DNA of 64,000 nucleotides from an uncultured delta proteobacterium (GTDB taxonomy: Bacteria > Myxococcota > Myxococcia > Myxococcales > Anaeromyxobacteraceae): assembly GCA_963814585.1 (NCBI GenBank), contig CAWFDF010000010.1, forward strand, positions 32,001 to 96,000, written 5' to 3'. The stretch's first letter is position 1, and each line of letters opens with the position of its first letter. Position numbers and translations under genes: made by a program. Below, in pieces: positions 42,373 through 56,998 of the stretch. The notes below the pieces were generated by a model. It was not told the DNA's origin. It made no database searches and was given only the letters and a program-made list of their open reading frames with translations.

Positions 42373-43467
42373 ATGAGCGCCGCGCCGCCCCGCCCCGCCA
42401 GCCCGCCGGTCACCGAGGCGCTGGTCCTCGCCCTCCCCAAGACCGACCTGCACTGCCACCTGGACGGCTCGCTCCGGCTCGGCACCATCCTCGACCTGGC
42501 CGAGCGGCAGGGCGTCCGCCTCCCGGCCGGGACGCCGGAGGGGCTGGCCGCCGCCATCCACCAGGGTCAGGTCTGCCGCTCGCTGGAGGACTACCTCACC
42601 GCCTTCGACGTGACGCTGGCCGTGCTCCAGACCGAGGAGGCGCTGCAGCGGGTGGCCTACGAGCTGGCGCTCGACTGCGCCGCCGAGAACGTCCGCTACC
42701 TCGAGGTGCGCTACTCGCCGGTGCTCCACACCCGCGAGGGCCTGAAGCCGACCGCCATCGTCGACGCCGTGCTGGACGGCCTGCGGCGGGCACGGCGGGA
42801 GTCCGGCGTCCGCTCCCACGTGATCATCTGCGGCATCCGCCACATGGACCCGGCCACCTCGGTGCGGCTGGCCGAGCTGGCGGTGGCCTACAAGGGGAAG
42901 GGCGTGGTCGGCTTCGACCTGGCCGGGGCCGAGGAGGGAAACCCGCCCAAGGACCACCGCGAGGCGCTCCAGCTCATCCTCGACAACAACGTCAACCTCA
43001 CCATCCACGCCGGCGAGGCCTACGGGCCGGAGTCGATCGCCCAGGCGGTCCACGTCTGCGGCGCCCACCGGATCGGGCACGGCGTGCGCCTGCGCGAGAA
43101 CGGCGACCTGCTCAACTACGTCAACGACCACCGCATCCCGCTGGAGATGTGCATTTCCTCGAACCTCCAGACCGGCTCGGTGGCCGGCCTCTCCGCCCAC
43201 CCGCTCAAGTTCTACTTCGACTTCGGGCTGCGGGTGTCGGTCAACACCGACAACCGGCTCATCACCGACACCACCTGCACCCGCGAGCTGATGCTGGCCA
43301 ACCGCGAGCTGGGGTTCACGCTCGACGACCTCTGCACCCTGACGGTGCAGGGATTCAAGAGCGCCTTCCTGCCGTTCCGCGAGAAGGCCGAGCTGCTGGC
43401 GGAGGTGAACCGGGAGATCGCCGAGGTGCGGGCCCGCTTCGCGGCGCCACCCGGAGCCGCCCGGTGA
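42373..43467 (+). CDS. add: Adenosine deaminase
   Basis: PKTDLHCHLDGS, GFDLAGAE, TIHAGE, RIGHG, EMCISSN, NTDN. Confidence 0.93.
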   Translation: MSAAPPRPASPPVTEALVLALPKTDLHCHLDGSLRLGTILDLAERQGVRLPAGTPEGLAAAIHQGQVCRSLEDYLTAFDVTLAVLQTEEALQRVAYELALDCAAENVRYLEVRYSPVLHTREGLKPTAIVDAVLDGLRRARRESGVRSHVIICGIRHMDPATSVRLAELAVAYKGKGVVGFDLAGAEEGNPPKDHREALQLILDNNVNLTIHAGEAYGPESIAQAVHVCGAHRIGHGVRLRENGDLLNYVNDHRIPLEMCISSNLQTGSVAGLSAHPLKFYFDFGLRVSVNTDNRLITDTTCTRELMLANRELGFTLDDLCTLTVQGFKSAFLPFREKAELLAEVNREIAEVRARFAAPPGAAR

Positions 43468-43967
43468 GCGCGCGGACCCGCTTCCGGGCGCCGTTCGGCT
43501 GGCTCACCATCGAGGCCACCGACCAGGGCGTCTTCGGCATCGCCTTCGGTGAGCGCGGGGCGACCGGTCCGGCGGTCTCCACGCTGGCGCGCGGCCACCT
43601 CGAGACGGCGCGGGCGGCGCTGGCCGACTACTTCGCCGGCCGGGCCCCCCAGCTCCCGGCCCTCGACCTGCACGGCAGCCCGTTCCAGCTCACCGTCTGG
43701 CGCGCCCTGACGGGCATCCCCTTCGGTGAGCAGCGCACCTACGGCGAGCTGGCCGCGTCGATCGGCCAGCCGGGTGCCGCCCGGGCGGTGGGGGCGGCCA
43801 ATGCCCGGAACCCGGTCGCCATCCTGGTGCCATGCCACCGGGTGGTGGCAGCGGGGGGCCGGCTGGGCGGCTACTCCGGCGGCCTGGACGTGAAGCGCTG
43901 GCTGCTCGCCCACGAGGCGGCGCACGGGCCGCTGCTCCGGCCAAGTGCAGCGCCCCAGGCAAGGTGA
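43464..43967 (+). CDS. ogt: Methylated-DNA-protein-cysteine methyltransferase
   Basis: FQLTVW..IPFG..TYGELA..ARAVG.ANARNP..PCHRV; GTGA overlap with add. Confidence 0.92.
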   Translation: MSARTRFRAPFGWLTIEATDQGVFGIAFGERGATGPAVSTLARGHLETARAALADYFAGRAPQLPALDLHGSPFQLTVWRALTGIPFGEQRTYGELAASIGQPGAARAVGAANARNPVAILVPCHRVVAAGGRLGGYSGGLDVKRWLLAHEAAHGPLLRPSAAPQAR

Positions 43968-44057
43968 CGTGACGAGAGAGCCGACGCCCTTGCGAGGCCG
44001 CCTGCCGCAGCGAGAGGATCGGCCCTCGCAGGAGGCATCTTGCCTGGGGCGCGGCAC
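43945..44057. mobile_element. MITE-like / structured repeat, copy 2 (113 bp, shorter internal segment), inverted relative to copy 1
   Basis: TIR GTGCAGCGCCCCAGGCAAGGTG / CATCTTGCCTGGGGCGCGGCAC; 43993-44023 is the exact reverse complement of 21373-21403. Confidence 0.7.
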
Positions 44058-44186
44058 TGATGCCCCGGGCCGGGCCCCGGTCCGGTGATCCGGCGCGCTC
44101 CGCCGCAGGCCCAATCACGCCACGAACCTTGCCGGACTCCGCGCCCGGCCCTAAGTTCGAGGCAGCCCACGAGGAGGAGTACCGGC

Positions 44187-45425
44187 ATGGCGAAGCTCCT
44201 GGCGATGATCCTGGCAGGCGGAGAGGGGCGGCGGCTCGATCCGCTCACCCGCGACCGGGCCAAGCCCGCGGTCCCCTTCGGCGGCCGCTACCGCATCATC
44301 GACTTCGTCCTCTCCAACTTCGCCAACTCCGGCATCCTCAAGGTGAAGGTGCTGGTGCAGTACAAGTCGGAGTCGCTCAACACCCACGTGCAGCGGGCCT
44401 GGCGCCTCTCCGCCTTCCTCAACCAGTACGTCGAGATCGTCCCGGCGCAGATGCGGTACGGCCCGAAGTGGTTCGAGGGCTCCGCCGACGCCATCTACCA
44501 GAACCTCAACATCATCACCGACGAGGAGCCCGAGTACACCTTCGTCTTCGGGGCCGACAACATCTACCGCATGGACGTGCGCCAGATGCTCGACTTCCAC
44601 ACCGACAGGAAGGCCGACCTCACGGTGGCGGCCATCCCGGTGCCGCTGGCGGAGGCCGGGGACTTCGGCATCATCGAGGTCGACGGCGAAGGGCGGATGA
44701 TCGGCTTCGTCGAGAAGCCCAAGAGCGACCCCAAGACCATCCCCGGCGATCCCACCCGCTGCCTGGCCTCGATGGGGAACTACCTCTTCACCACCAAGGA
44801 GCTGGTGCAGGAGATCGTCAACGACGCCAGCGACGCGCAGAGCGCCCACGACTTCGGCAAGTCGATCGTGACCGGGATGTACCGGCGCAAGAACGTCTTC
44901 GTCTACAACTTCGCCACCAACGAGGTCCCGGGCCAGACCGAGCGGGAGCGCGGGTACTGGCGCGACGTCGGCAACCTCGACGCCTACTTCCAGGCCAACA
45001 TGGACCTGGTCGAGGTCAACCCCATCTTCTCCCTCTACAACGATCGCTGGCCCATCTACACGCACCACGCCAACGCGCCGCCGGCCAAGTTCGTCTTCAA
45101 CAACGCGGCCGAGGGGCGGGTCGGAAAGGCCACCGACTCGCTCATCTCCGAGGGGTGCATCATCTCCGGCACCTCGGTCCACCACTCGATCCTCTCCCCC
45201 AGCGTCCGGCTCAACAGCTACTCGACGCTGGAGGACTGCATCATCTTCGAGAAGGTGACCATCGCGCGGCACTGCAAGATCCGCCGCGCCATCATCGACA
45301 AGCACGTCGAGATCCCGGCCGGCACGGTCATCGGCTACGACGTCGAGGCCGATCGGCGCCGCTTCCACGTCACCGACAGCGGCATCGTGGTCATCCCCAA
45401 GGGGATGCGGGTCGAGCCGGGGTGA
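44187..45425 (+). CDS. glgC: Glucose-1-phosphate adenylyltransferase
   Basis: [57 protein letters not shown]. Confidence 0.96.
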   Translation: MAKLLAMILAGGEGRRLDPLTRDRAKPAVPFGGRYRIIDFVLSNFANSGILKVKVLVQYKSESLNTHVQRAWRLSAFLNQYVEIVPAQMRYGPKWFEGSADAIYQNLNIITDEEPEYTFVFGADNIYRMDVRQMLDFHTDRKADLTVAAIPVPLAEAGDFGIIEVDGEGRMIGFVEKPKSDPKTIPGDPTRCLASMGNYLFTTKELVQEIVNDASDAQSAHDFGKSIVTGMYRRKNVFVYNFATNEVPGQTERERGYWRDVGNLDAYFQANMDLVEVNPIFSLYNDRWPIYTHHANAPPAKFVFNNAAEGRVGKATDSLISEGCIISGTSVHHSILSPSVRLNSYSTLEDCIIFEKVTIARHCKIRRAIIDKHVEIPAGTVIGYDVEADRRRFHVTDSGIVVIPKGMRVEPG

Positions 45426-45434
45426 GGCGCGGCG

Positions 45435-47975
45435 TCAGGCACTCCAGTACCAGCTCCACTTGACCAGCACGGTGTCGACGGCCGGCCCCCCGGACAGGCC
45501 GGGCGGCCAGAGCTCCGTGGCCCGATCCGACGGGCCGGTCGATTCGTGGGTGTAGACGAGGTAGAGCGTCGAGCCGAGCTGGTACTCCCAGCGGAACACC
45601 ACGCTCAGGTTGAGCGCGGCATCCTGGAAGTCGGCGCCGGCGGGCGGCCCACCGACCGGGACCAGGTCGGCGTAGCCGATGACCTGGCCCGGCTGTCCGG
45701 TCGCGGTGTAGGTGCTCCCGTAGGTGCCGTAGTCGGTGAAGACCTGCGCGTAGGCCTGCAGCGTGAGGCGCGGCGTCAGCACCACCATCTGCCGCAGCGT
45801 CGCCGAGGCCGAAGGCGCCCGCAGCGCCGCCAGCGTGAAGTGGCCGGCGCCGTCGTCGGAGACGAAGCGGGCCGGCCAGGCGGAGTCGTCGTACCCGAGG
45901 TCGAGCCGGGTCTCGAAGCGGGCGTGCGGGCGCAGCACCAGCGTCATCCCCACGCCCCAGTAGGACGTGGCCGGCAATGGACCGCGGGCCAGGGACTGGC
46001 CGGCGCCGATCCCGCCCTCGACCCAGACCACCCGCCCCCGGTCGGTCGACAGCCAGGCCTCGCCGCCCCAGCTGCCGGGGCGCCGCAGCGCCACGCCCGA
46101 CTGCTCCAGCTCGCGCACGTCATCGGCGTCGGCCGAGGCGTTCAGGTTCACCCCGAAGTAGTCGAAGGTGCGGAACTGGAACTCGGTGGCCAGGAAGGCC
46201 GTCGCCCCGCGCCGCCTCAGGTTGCCGTCGGTGGTGTAGCGCGCCTCGGCGCCCAGGTGGAGGCCGAAGGACTGGAAGAGGCCGCCCCCGGCGGGCCGGA
46301 CGTAGCGCAGCACGGCCCGCCCCAGCTGCTCGTTCTGGGTGCGCTGGTAGCCGAGGGCGTTCAGGTCGAGCCGCGGGGCCTCGTAGTCGTAGGACACGTC
46401 GAACCGCCACGGCTCGCCGCCCTCGAGGCCGGCCGCCACGAAGCCGCCGGCACCGAGATCGCCCCTCCGCAGCACGGTGCCGTCGGCCAGGACCTCGGCC
46501 GGTGGCCCCCCCAGCCGCTGCGAGCCGGTCAGCTGGCCGCGCACGAACCAGGCCAGGTCGTCGCTGCGCAGGTTCCAGCTGACCGCCGCCGCGTTCCCCA
46601 GCGCCACGTCGCAGTGGGCCGGGCGCTGGCCGTCGGGGAGCGCGGCCTCGTCCGGGCTGCAGTGGCCGTCGAGCGGCGTGGCGCTGGTGAGCTCGGCGCC
46701 GAGCGCCGAGGTCGCCGTGGGCTGCCAGCGGGCCGTGGCGGCGAGGAAGTTGCGCCGCGCCGGGGCCACCTCGGGGTAGGCGTCGCCCGGCGCGACGTAG
46801 AGCGGCGACCAGGGCGACCAGTGGAGCTTCCGGGTGGGCGGCACCGGGGCCGCGCCGCCGGCCACCACCGCGTCGAGCAGGCCGATCTGGACGGAGTCGC
46901 TCAGCCGACCGGTCAGCTTGGCGGCGCCGAGGATGGGGGCGTCGAGCCCGACGCGGCGCGAGTAGAACAGCTGCTGCGGCGACTGGCGGTCGGCGGGCTT
47001 CACGCCCTGGAAGAGGTCGAGCCCCTGGGTGAAGAAGGGGCGCTTCTCCGGGAAGAAGAGCTCGAAGGTGGTGAGGTTCTGCTGGATGGTGTCGGCCTCC
47101 ACCTGCCCGAAGTCGGGGTTGACGGTGGCCTGCAGCGCCAGCCCGCGGCCCAGCGAGGCGCGCAGGTCGACGCCGACGTCGAGCGAGGGATCCATGAGTC
47201 GCGGCTGCGGCGCCGCGTCGCTGGCCGGCCGCCACTGCAGCCGGGTGGCGACGTAGGGGGCCACCGAGAACTCCTGCACCGGCTCCAGCCCGTTGAGGCC
47301 GGTCAGGTCGGCCAGCCGCGCCACGATGCCGCGGTCGCTCCGCTTGAGCGGGATGCTCACCAGCTCCTCGTGCGTCCGGGCGATGACGCGCCGGAGCCCC
47401 AGGCCCCAGACCTGGTCGCCGGCGGCCGAGAAGCGCAGGACAGAGAGCGGGATCATGAGCTCGGCGGTCCAGCCGGAGGCGTCGGCGGTGACGGCGGCGT
47501 CCCACACCGCGTCCCAGTCGCCGTTCGACTCGTCGTCGCCGAGGAGCAACCCGTCGGACTGCACGCCGGCGGCGTTGACCTCGAAGTAGGCGGCGGTCTG
47601 CCGATCGCGGTTGGAGTCGATGAACACGGCGATCGAGTCGGAGAAGGGGGCGGCGTCGCGCCGGCCGAGCGCCCGGGACAGCTGGCCGGGCTGGGAGTCC
47701 AGGCAGCGGACGCCGACGTAGATGGCCCGATCGTCGTGGAGCACCCGGACCTCGGTCCGCTCGCTGGGCGGCCGCCCCTCCTCCGGGACCAGCTGGACGA
47801 AGCCGTCGAAGGCCGTGGCGGTGGACCAGCTCTCCTCGACGAGCTTGCCGTCGATGGAGATGCGTCCGGCGGCCCGGCTGGCCCGGATGGGCTGGCCCGG
47901 GAGGTCGCCGCGCGCCGCACCTGGCGCGAGGAGCAGGGCCGCGATGGCCAGCGCGAGAGGGCGTGAAGAGGTCAC
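45435..47975 (-). CDS. Outer-membrane protein, CBM9-like + DUF5916
   Basis: Signal peptide; IDGKL.E..W, WDAVW, TVNPDFGQVEAD, FELFFPEKRPFF, VFRWEYQLGSTLYLVY. Confidence 0.8.
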   Translation of the reverse strand: MTSSRPLALAIAALLLAPGAARGDLPGQPIRASRAAGRISIDGKLVEESWSTATAFDGFVQLVPEEGRPPSERTEVRVLHDDRAIYVGVRCLDSQPGQLSRALGRRDAAPFSDSIAVFIDSNRDRQTAAYFEVNAAGVQSDGLLLGDDESNGDWDAVWDAAVTADASGWTAELMIPLSVLRFSAAGDQVWGLGLRRVIARTHEELVSIPLKRSDRGIVARLADLTGLNGLEPVQEFSVAPYVATRLQWRPASDAAPQPRLMDPSLDVGVDLRASLGRGLALQATVNPDFGQVEADTIQQNLTTFELFFPEKRPFFTQGLDLFQGVKPADRQSPQQLFYSRRVGLDAPILGAAKLTGRLSDSVQIGLLDAVVAGGAAPVPPTRKLHWSPWSPLYVAPGDAYPEVAPARRNFLAATARWQPTATSALGAELTSATPLDGHCSPDEAALPDGQRPAHCDVALGNAAAVSWNLRSDDLAWFVRGQLTGSQRLGGPPAEVLADGTVLRRGDLGAGGFVAAGLEGGEPWRFDVSYDYEAPRLDLNALGYQRTQNEQLGRAVLRYVRPAGGGLFQSFGLHLGAEARYTTDGNLRRRGATAFLATEFQFRTFDYFGVNLNASADADDVRELEQSGVALRRPGSWGGEAWLSTDRGRVVWVEGGIGAGQSLARGPLPATSYWGVGMTLVLRPHARFETRLDLGYDDSAWPARFVSDDGAGHFTLAALRAPSASATLRQMVVLTPRLTLQAYAQVFTDYGTYGSTYTATGQPGQVIGYADLVPVGGPPAGADFQDAALNLSVVFRWEYQLGSTLYLVYTHESTGPSDRATELWPPGLSGGPAVDTVLVKWSWYWSA

Positions 47976-48103
47976 GGTGGTCGGATGATCCCACGAGAGA
48001 GGGGGGGCCGCAGGACCTGTCGGAGGCCCGATGCATGGAGGTCGATTTGGGCCAAACGTGACGTACGCCAGCGTCGCCACGGCGTTATCCTCCGGTCGAG
48101 CCC

Positions 48104-49033
48104 ATGGCCGACCTCCAGAACGAGTTCAGCTGGTCCAAGTCGAGGCACGACAAGTTCCGCGAGTGCCGGCGGGCCTACTTCAACGCCTACTACGGCAGCT
48201 GGGGCGGGTGGTCGGCACCGGCCGGCTCCCCGGTCCGCGAGCTCTACGTCCTCAAGAAGCTCTCCTCGCGCTGGCAGTGGGCCGGTTCGGTGGTCCACGA
48301 CGCCATCAAGCAGCTGCTGACCCGGGCCCGCGCCACCGGCGACTTCTGGCCGCTGGAGCGGCTGCTCGAGCAGACCCGCCAGAAGTCCCGGATCCAGTTC
48401 GGCGCCTCGCGCGACAAGAGCTACTGGCGCGAGCCCTCCCGGATCGTCGGGCTCACCGAGCACGAGTACGGCGAGCCGGTGGCCGACGCCGAGTGGAAGC
48501 GGCTCTACGAGGCCGTCATCGAGGGCTCGCTCCGCGCCTTCTTCCAGTCCGAGGTGCTGGAGGAGATCAAGCGCACTCCCCGCGACCGCTGGCTCGGTGT
48601 CGACGAGCTCGACCACTGGTTCTTCGAGGGGACCAAGATCTGGGTTGCGGTCGACTTCTCCTACCGGGACGCCGACGGTCGGGTCCACCTGCTCGACTGG
48701 AAGACCGGCAGGGAGCGCGGCGTCGACCACACCCAGGTGGCGAGCTACGCGCTCTACGCCCGGCAGAAGTGGGACGTGAAGCCGGACGGCGTGGTGGGTG
48801 GGCTGGTCTACCTGGTCCAGGACGACGGCCGCCCCGCCGAGCGGACCAGCGTGGCCGCCGACGGGCCGGCGCTGGACGCCTGCCAGGAGCTGATGCGCGG
48901 GTCCATCGCCGAGATGCGTGGCGTGCTCGCCGACCGGGAGCGGAACGGGGCTCGGGTCGAGGACTTCCCGCAGATCGAGGACCGGGAGCGCTGCAGCCGC
49001 TGCCCGTTCCGGCGCCCTTGCGGGCGGCTCTGA
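48104..49033 (+). CDS. Stand-alone PD-(D/E)XK RecB/AddB/Cas4-like nuclease with Fe-S Cys residues
   Basis: WSKS..FREC..G..VH..VDF..LLDWKTG..Q..SY..CSRCPFRRPC. Confidence 0.85.
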   Translation: MADLQNEFSWSKSRHDKFRECRRAYFNAYYGSWGGWSAPAGSPVRELYVLKKLSSRWQWAGSVVHDAIKQLLTRARATGDFWPLERLLEQTRQKSRIQFGASRDKSYWREPSRIVGLTEHEYGEPVADAEWKRLYEAVIEGSLRAFFQSEVLEEIKRTPRDRWLGVDELDHWFFEGTKIWVAVDFSYRDADGRVHLLDWKTGRERGVDHTQVASYALYARQKWDVKPDGVVGGLVYLVQDDGRPAERTSVAADGPALDACQELMRGSIAEMRGVLADRERNGARVEDFPQIEDRERCSRCPFRRPCGRL

Positions 49034-49036
49034 ACC

Positions 49037-50470
<1,434 letters not shown>

Positions 50471-50558
50471 TCACCGGGGTGACGCCGGCGGGAGGCCCAA
50501 CCGGGCCACGTCGAGGTCCGGTCAGGCCGGGTGCGCCCCGGCAAGGGCGCCTGGCCGA

Positions 50559-51068
50559 TCAGCCCGCCTTCCACATCCTCACCGCCGGCAGCGCCGCGCC
50601 CCCGGGCAGTGGCGACGTGACCGGCCGGCCCGGGCGCCAGCCTCGGGCGGCGTAGAAGGGGACGGCGCCTCGCGCCGCGACCACCGTGAGCCGCCGCGCC
50701 CCGCCGGCGCGCGCTCCCGCCTCGGCGCGGGCCAGCAGCTTCGCCCCCAGCCCGCGCCCCGCCCCGCCAGGTCGGACGAAGAGGGCGGTCACCTCGCCGC
50801 CGCGCCAGGCCGCGTAGCCGAGCAGCGCGGGCCCGCGCGCCGCCACCAGGTAGCGCTCCCCGCCGGCGGTCATGGCCCAGCGGTGGTAGAGCGCCGGCAG
50901 CGAGCCCCAGGCCGCCAGCAGCGCCGCCGGGTAGCGCCCCCGCTGGCCGCGCACCGCCGCCCGCATCACCCGGGCCAGGGCGGCCGCCTCGGCAGGCCGG
51001 GCCGGCCGGATCCTCACGGCGCCCGTCGCCGGGCCTCCGCCGCGGCGCCGCGACCGGGTCGGGCTCAC
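50559..51068 (-). CDS. GNAT family N-acetyltransferase
   Basis: IRPA.., LFVRPGGAGRGLGAKLL, AVPFYAARGW; start uncertain. Confidence 0.75.
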   Translation of the reverse strand: MSPTRSRRRGGGPATGAVRIRPARPAEAAALARVMRAAVRGQRGRYPAALLAAWGSLPALYHRWAMTAGGERYLVAARGPALLGYAAWRGGEVTALFVRPGGAGRGLGAKLLARAEAGARAGGARRLTVVAARGAVPFYAARGWRPGRPVTSPLPGGAALPAVRMWKAG

Positions 51069-51102
51069 GCGGCCCGGCCCGGCCGGCTGGCCGCCCCGCG
51101 CC

Positions 51103-52482
<1,380 letters not shown>

Positions 52483-52484
52483 GG

Positions 52485-53971
<1,487 letters not shown>

Positions 53972-53975
<4 letters not shown>

Positions 53976-54883
53976 GGCGGCGGGGTGTCCGATGGGGCCC
54001 GGGCCGGGAGCGGGGCGCCACCGAAGGCGTGGCAGGCGGCGCAGGCCTTCCCGGCGGCGTGGGCGCCGGCGCCGGCGTGGCAGCGGAGACAGGACGGCTC
54101 CTCGGCCTGCCAGGTGTGCGGCTGGTGGCAGTCGACGCAGTGCTGGTGGCCGGGCCGCGCGTGGAGGCCGCCCTTCTTCATCTCCTTGTGGCAGGTGGCG
54201 CAGGCCAGCGTGCCCTGGCCGGGTGGGGCGTGGGGCTTGTGGCAGGTGGCGCAGGCCATCTCCATGGCGCTGCCGTGATCGCTCATGGGGGCGTGGATCC
54301 CCTGCGCGGTGTGGCAGCGCATGCAGTCCCGGCGGGTCGGGAGCAGCCCGGTCTCGGTGGTGAGGAACTCGTGGCAGGCGAAGCAGTGGAGCCGGGTCAT
54401 GCCGGCCACGCCGATCAGGTGCTTGCCGTGGCACTCGACGCAGGCCGAGGTGACCGGCTCGAAGCCGTGGACGCTGGCGGCGTGGCACTTCACGCAGGCG
54501 ATGTGCTGCATGTCGACGTGGATCAGGTGGCCGCGCGAGGCCCCGATCTGCGGCCAGCGCGGGTCGTGGGAGAGGTGGCAGGCGGCGCAGGTGCCGACCT
54601 CGACCGCCGCGTGCTTCCCCGCCGGCAGCTTGCCGGCCAGGAAGGCCCGCAGCATGGCGACGCCCTGCTCCGGCGTGGCGTGGTGGCACTTCTGGCAGGA
54701 GACCGACTTGTGGCTGCCCTGCAGCCAGAGCGAGAACTCCGGGCTGGCGCGGTGGCAGGTGGCGCAGAGCCGCGGGTCCTCGTCGACGAACCTCTTGAAG
54801 CGGACGAAGCCGCCGACGCCCGCGGCGAGCAGGACGGCGGCGGCGGCGATGAGCAGGTACCGCGTGCCCGGGCCGAGGGTCAT
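53972..54883 (-). CDS. Membrane-anchored dodecaheme c-type cytochrome
   Basis: 12 CxxCH motifs counted; one N-terminal TM. Start chosen at ATG 54883 (alternatives 54895, 54937). Confidence 0.9.
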
Positions 54884-55036
54884 GGATCGGGCCATCCTAC
54901 CCGCTTTCGGCTGATCCGGGCGGAGCGGCGCCGTCACCCCGTCACCCCGTCACCTGGAGCGAGGGCGACTCGAGGTCGGGGGATGCGGTGGCATCGTGCG
55001 CTGGCGCCACCAGGAGTCGGCGCCAGCGCGACCGGC

Positions 55037-56767
55037 CTACTTCAGCTTGTCCTTGATCTTCTCGTACTCGGCCGGGTGCTCGTGCTTCAGGTTGGCCACC
55101 GTGATGCGCCCGTTGAGCCAGGCCCAGTTCATCGGGAAGATCGAGGGCTTCAGGTGGACGTTGTAGAAGTGCACCACGAAGAGGAAGGTGATGGCCAGGG
55201 TGGCCTCCTCGCCGTGGATGATCTGCGCCGCCGTGATGATCCAGGCCGGCGCGTACTTGGCGAAGAAGACCGGGAACCAGAAGACGAACCCGGTGCCGAC
55301 CATCATGACGATGCCCCAGAACACCGCCCAGTAGTCGAACTTCTCCAGGTACATGTAGCGGTCGAACCGGGGACGGTCCTTCTTCAGGCCGAGCATGAAG
55401 AGGATGTTGTCCTTCATGTCCAGGGCGTCCTTGGGCACCGGCAGCATGGAGAGCGGCAGCCGCTTCTTGGAGGCCAGGAACGTCAGGTAGAAGAGGTGGT
55501 AGACCGACGAGATGATGATGAGCACCGCGCCGACGCGGTGCCAGATCGCGGCGCCCTCGGCCCCGCCGAAGAGCCTCATGAAGGCCTTCGAGTAGCCCGA
55601 GGCGTCGAGGTTGCCGATGAGCGGCGCGCCGGTGAAGACGCCGGCGCCGCGGAGCGGCCAGCCGGTCAGGCCGAGCAGGATGACGCCGCTGAGCATGAAC
55701 CAGTGCTGGGCCCGCTGGTGGATGTCGAACCGGATCACGCTCCTCATGTCGTCGGCGGTGACGCCGTGGCTCTTGGCGGCCATCCGCTGGCGCAGCTCGT
55801 AGACGAAGTCGATGAGGACGTGGAACGCGAAGAAGAGCAGCGTCAGCGTGGTCAGGTAGGAGAAGGCGACGTGGGTGACGTGCGGGACGACGTGGCCGCC
55901 GGTCTCCTGGATGGGCTTGTGGGCGATCAGGGTGGCGAAGTTGTCGGTCGCCCCCTCGTGGCAGCGGGCGCAGGTGTTCTTGCGGTTGCCCGCGAAGACC
56001 GGTGAGGCCGGGTCGCTCCGGGCGACGAGGCCGTGCGACCCGCCGGCCGACTTCTCGGAGGCGTGGCAGGAGACGCAGGCCGGGGCCACCGGGTTGCCGA
56101 CGCGCACCATCCGGCCGTGGATCGAGTCCTGGTAGGTGGCCTTGACCTCGGCGCTCATGCCCGCCGACCTGGCGAACTCCTCGTTGCCGTGGCAGGCCTC
56201 GCAGGTCTTCTGCATGGCGCGGCGGTCGGCCGGGACGGCGACCCGGGCGGTGGCGGAGGGGGCGTAGGGCTCCAGCTTCCTGGCCACCGTGTGCGGCGAG
56301 CCGTGGCAGCTGGCGCAGGTCGGGCCGGCCACCTTCACGTCCTCGCGCAGCCACCTGGCGTGGATCGACGTGCCGAAGAAGGCCCCGGCCGCCTCGGCGT
56401 GGCAGTTGGCGCAGCTCAGGTAGGCCGCCGGCGCCGTCACCTTCACCGCCTTCTCACCCTCGCCCCAGGTCGCCCTGGCCAGCCGGGCCAGGGTGGCCTG
56501 CTCGGCGGCGGAGCGCTTCGGCCCCTGCCCGTCGTGCGGGCCCTCGCCGTAGCCGTCGTGGCAGTCGAGGCAGGAGATCGAGTTCTGGCCGTGGACCGAG
56601 GCGGCGAAGAGCTTGTCGTCGACCTTGCGGCCGGTGCTGTCGTCGGCGTGGCAGGCGAGGCAGTCGGCGTCGCCGAGCTTCTTCGGCTCGGCCGCCTTGG
56701 CGGCGGCCCCGGCGGTGGTGGCCGCGGTGGCGAGGAGCAGCGAGACGACGAGGAGGAGTGGGCGCAT
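55037..56767 (-). CDS. CbcL-like multiheme cytochrome c (7 CxxCH) fused to cytochrome b/FdnI-like TM domain
   Basis: Signal peptide; 7 CxxCH; RFDIHQRAQHW..LTGWP, WHRVGA, EKFDYWAVFWG, HGEEA, HFYNVH, EHPAEYE. Confidence 0.88.
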   Translation of the reverse strand: MRPLLLVVSLLLATAATTAGAAAKAAEPKKLGDADCLACHADDSTGRKVDDKLFAASVHGQNSISCLDCHDGYGEGPHDGQGPKRSAAEQATLARLARATWGEGEKAVKVTAPAAYLSCANCHAEAAGAFFGTSIHARWLREDVKVAGPTCASCHGSPHTVARKLEPYAPSATARVAVPADRRAMQKTCEACHGNEEFARSAGMSAEVKATYQDSIHGRMVRVGNPVAPACVSCHASEKSAGGSHGLVARSDPASPVFAGNRKNTCARCHEGATDNFATLIAHKPIQETGGHVVPHVTHVAFSYLTTLTLLFFAFHVLIDFVYELRQRMAAKSHGVTADDMRSVIRFDIHQRAQHWFMLSGVILLGLTGWPLRGAGVFTGAPLIGNLDASGYSKAFMRLFGGAEGAAIWHRVGAVLIIISSVYHLFYLTFLASKKRLPLSMLPVPKDALDMKDNILFMLGLKKDRPRFDRYMYLEKFDYWAVFWGIVMMVGTGFVFWFPVFFAKYAPAWIITAAQIIHGEEATLAITFLFVVHFYNVHLKPSIFPMNWAWLNGRITVANLKHEHPAEYEKIKDKLK

Positions 56768-56819
56768 GGGGCTCGTTTCACAGGTGCGGCAAGGAGGGCA
56801 GGCACCTGAAAGGGGGCGG

Positions 56820-56860
56820 ATTCTATTCGGATCGGGCCGGACTGGGTTGATCGGTCGCAA
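56820..56860 (-). promoter_or_regulatory. Class II FNR/CRP-type promoter for the CbcL-like gene
   Basis: Box TTGAT-cggt-CGCAA (56847-56860, inside palindrome GGGTTG..CAACCC) centred near -41 relative to the -10 TAGAAT (56820-56825, minus strand). Confidence 0.6.
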
Positions 56861-56900
56861 CCCGGCAGGGCCCTGCGTCACCAAACCGCAGGACATGGAG

Positions 56901-56946
56901 GGAGCCCCGATCGGCCCCCCATGTGGTGGGGGCCGTTCGGGGCTCC
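56901..56946 (-). terminator. Long GC hairpin downstream of the small membrane protein gene
   Basis: GGAGCCCCGA-t-CGGCCCCC / GGGGGCCG-t-TCGGGGCTCC; no clear U-tract. Confidence 0.55.
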
Positions 56947-56998
56947 GGGTCTCGGAACGCGGCCAGGCGCGCGAGGCGCGCGAGGCAGGAGCGTTCGC

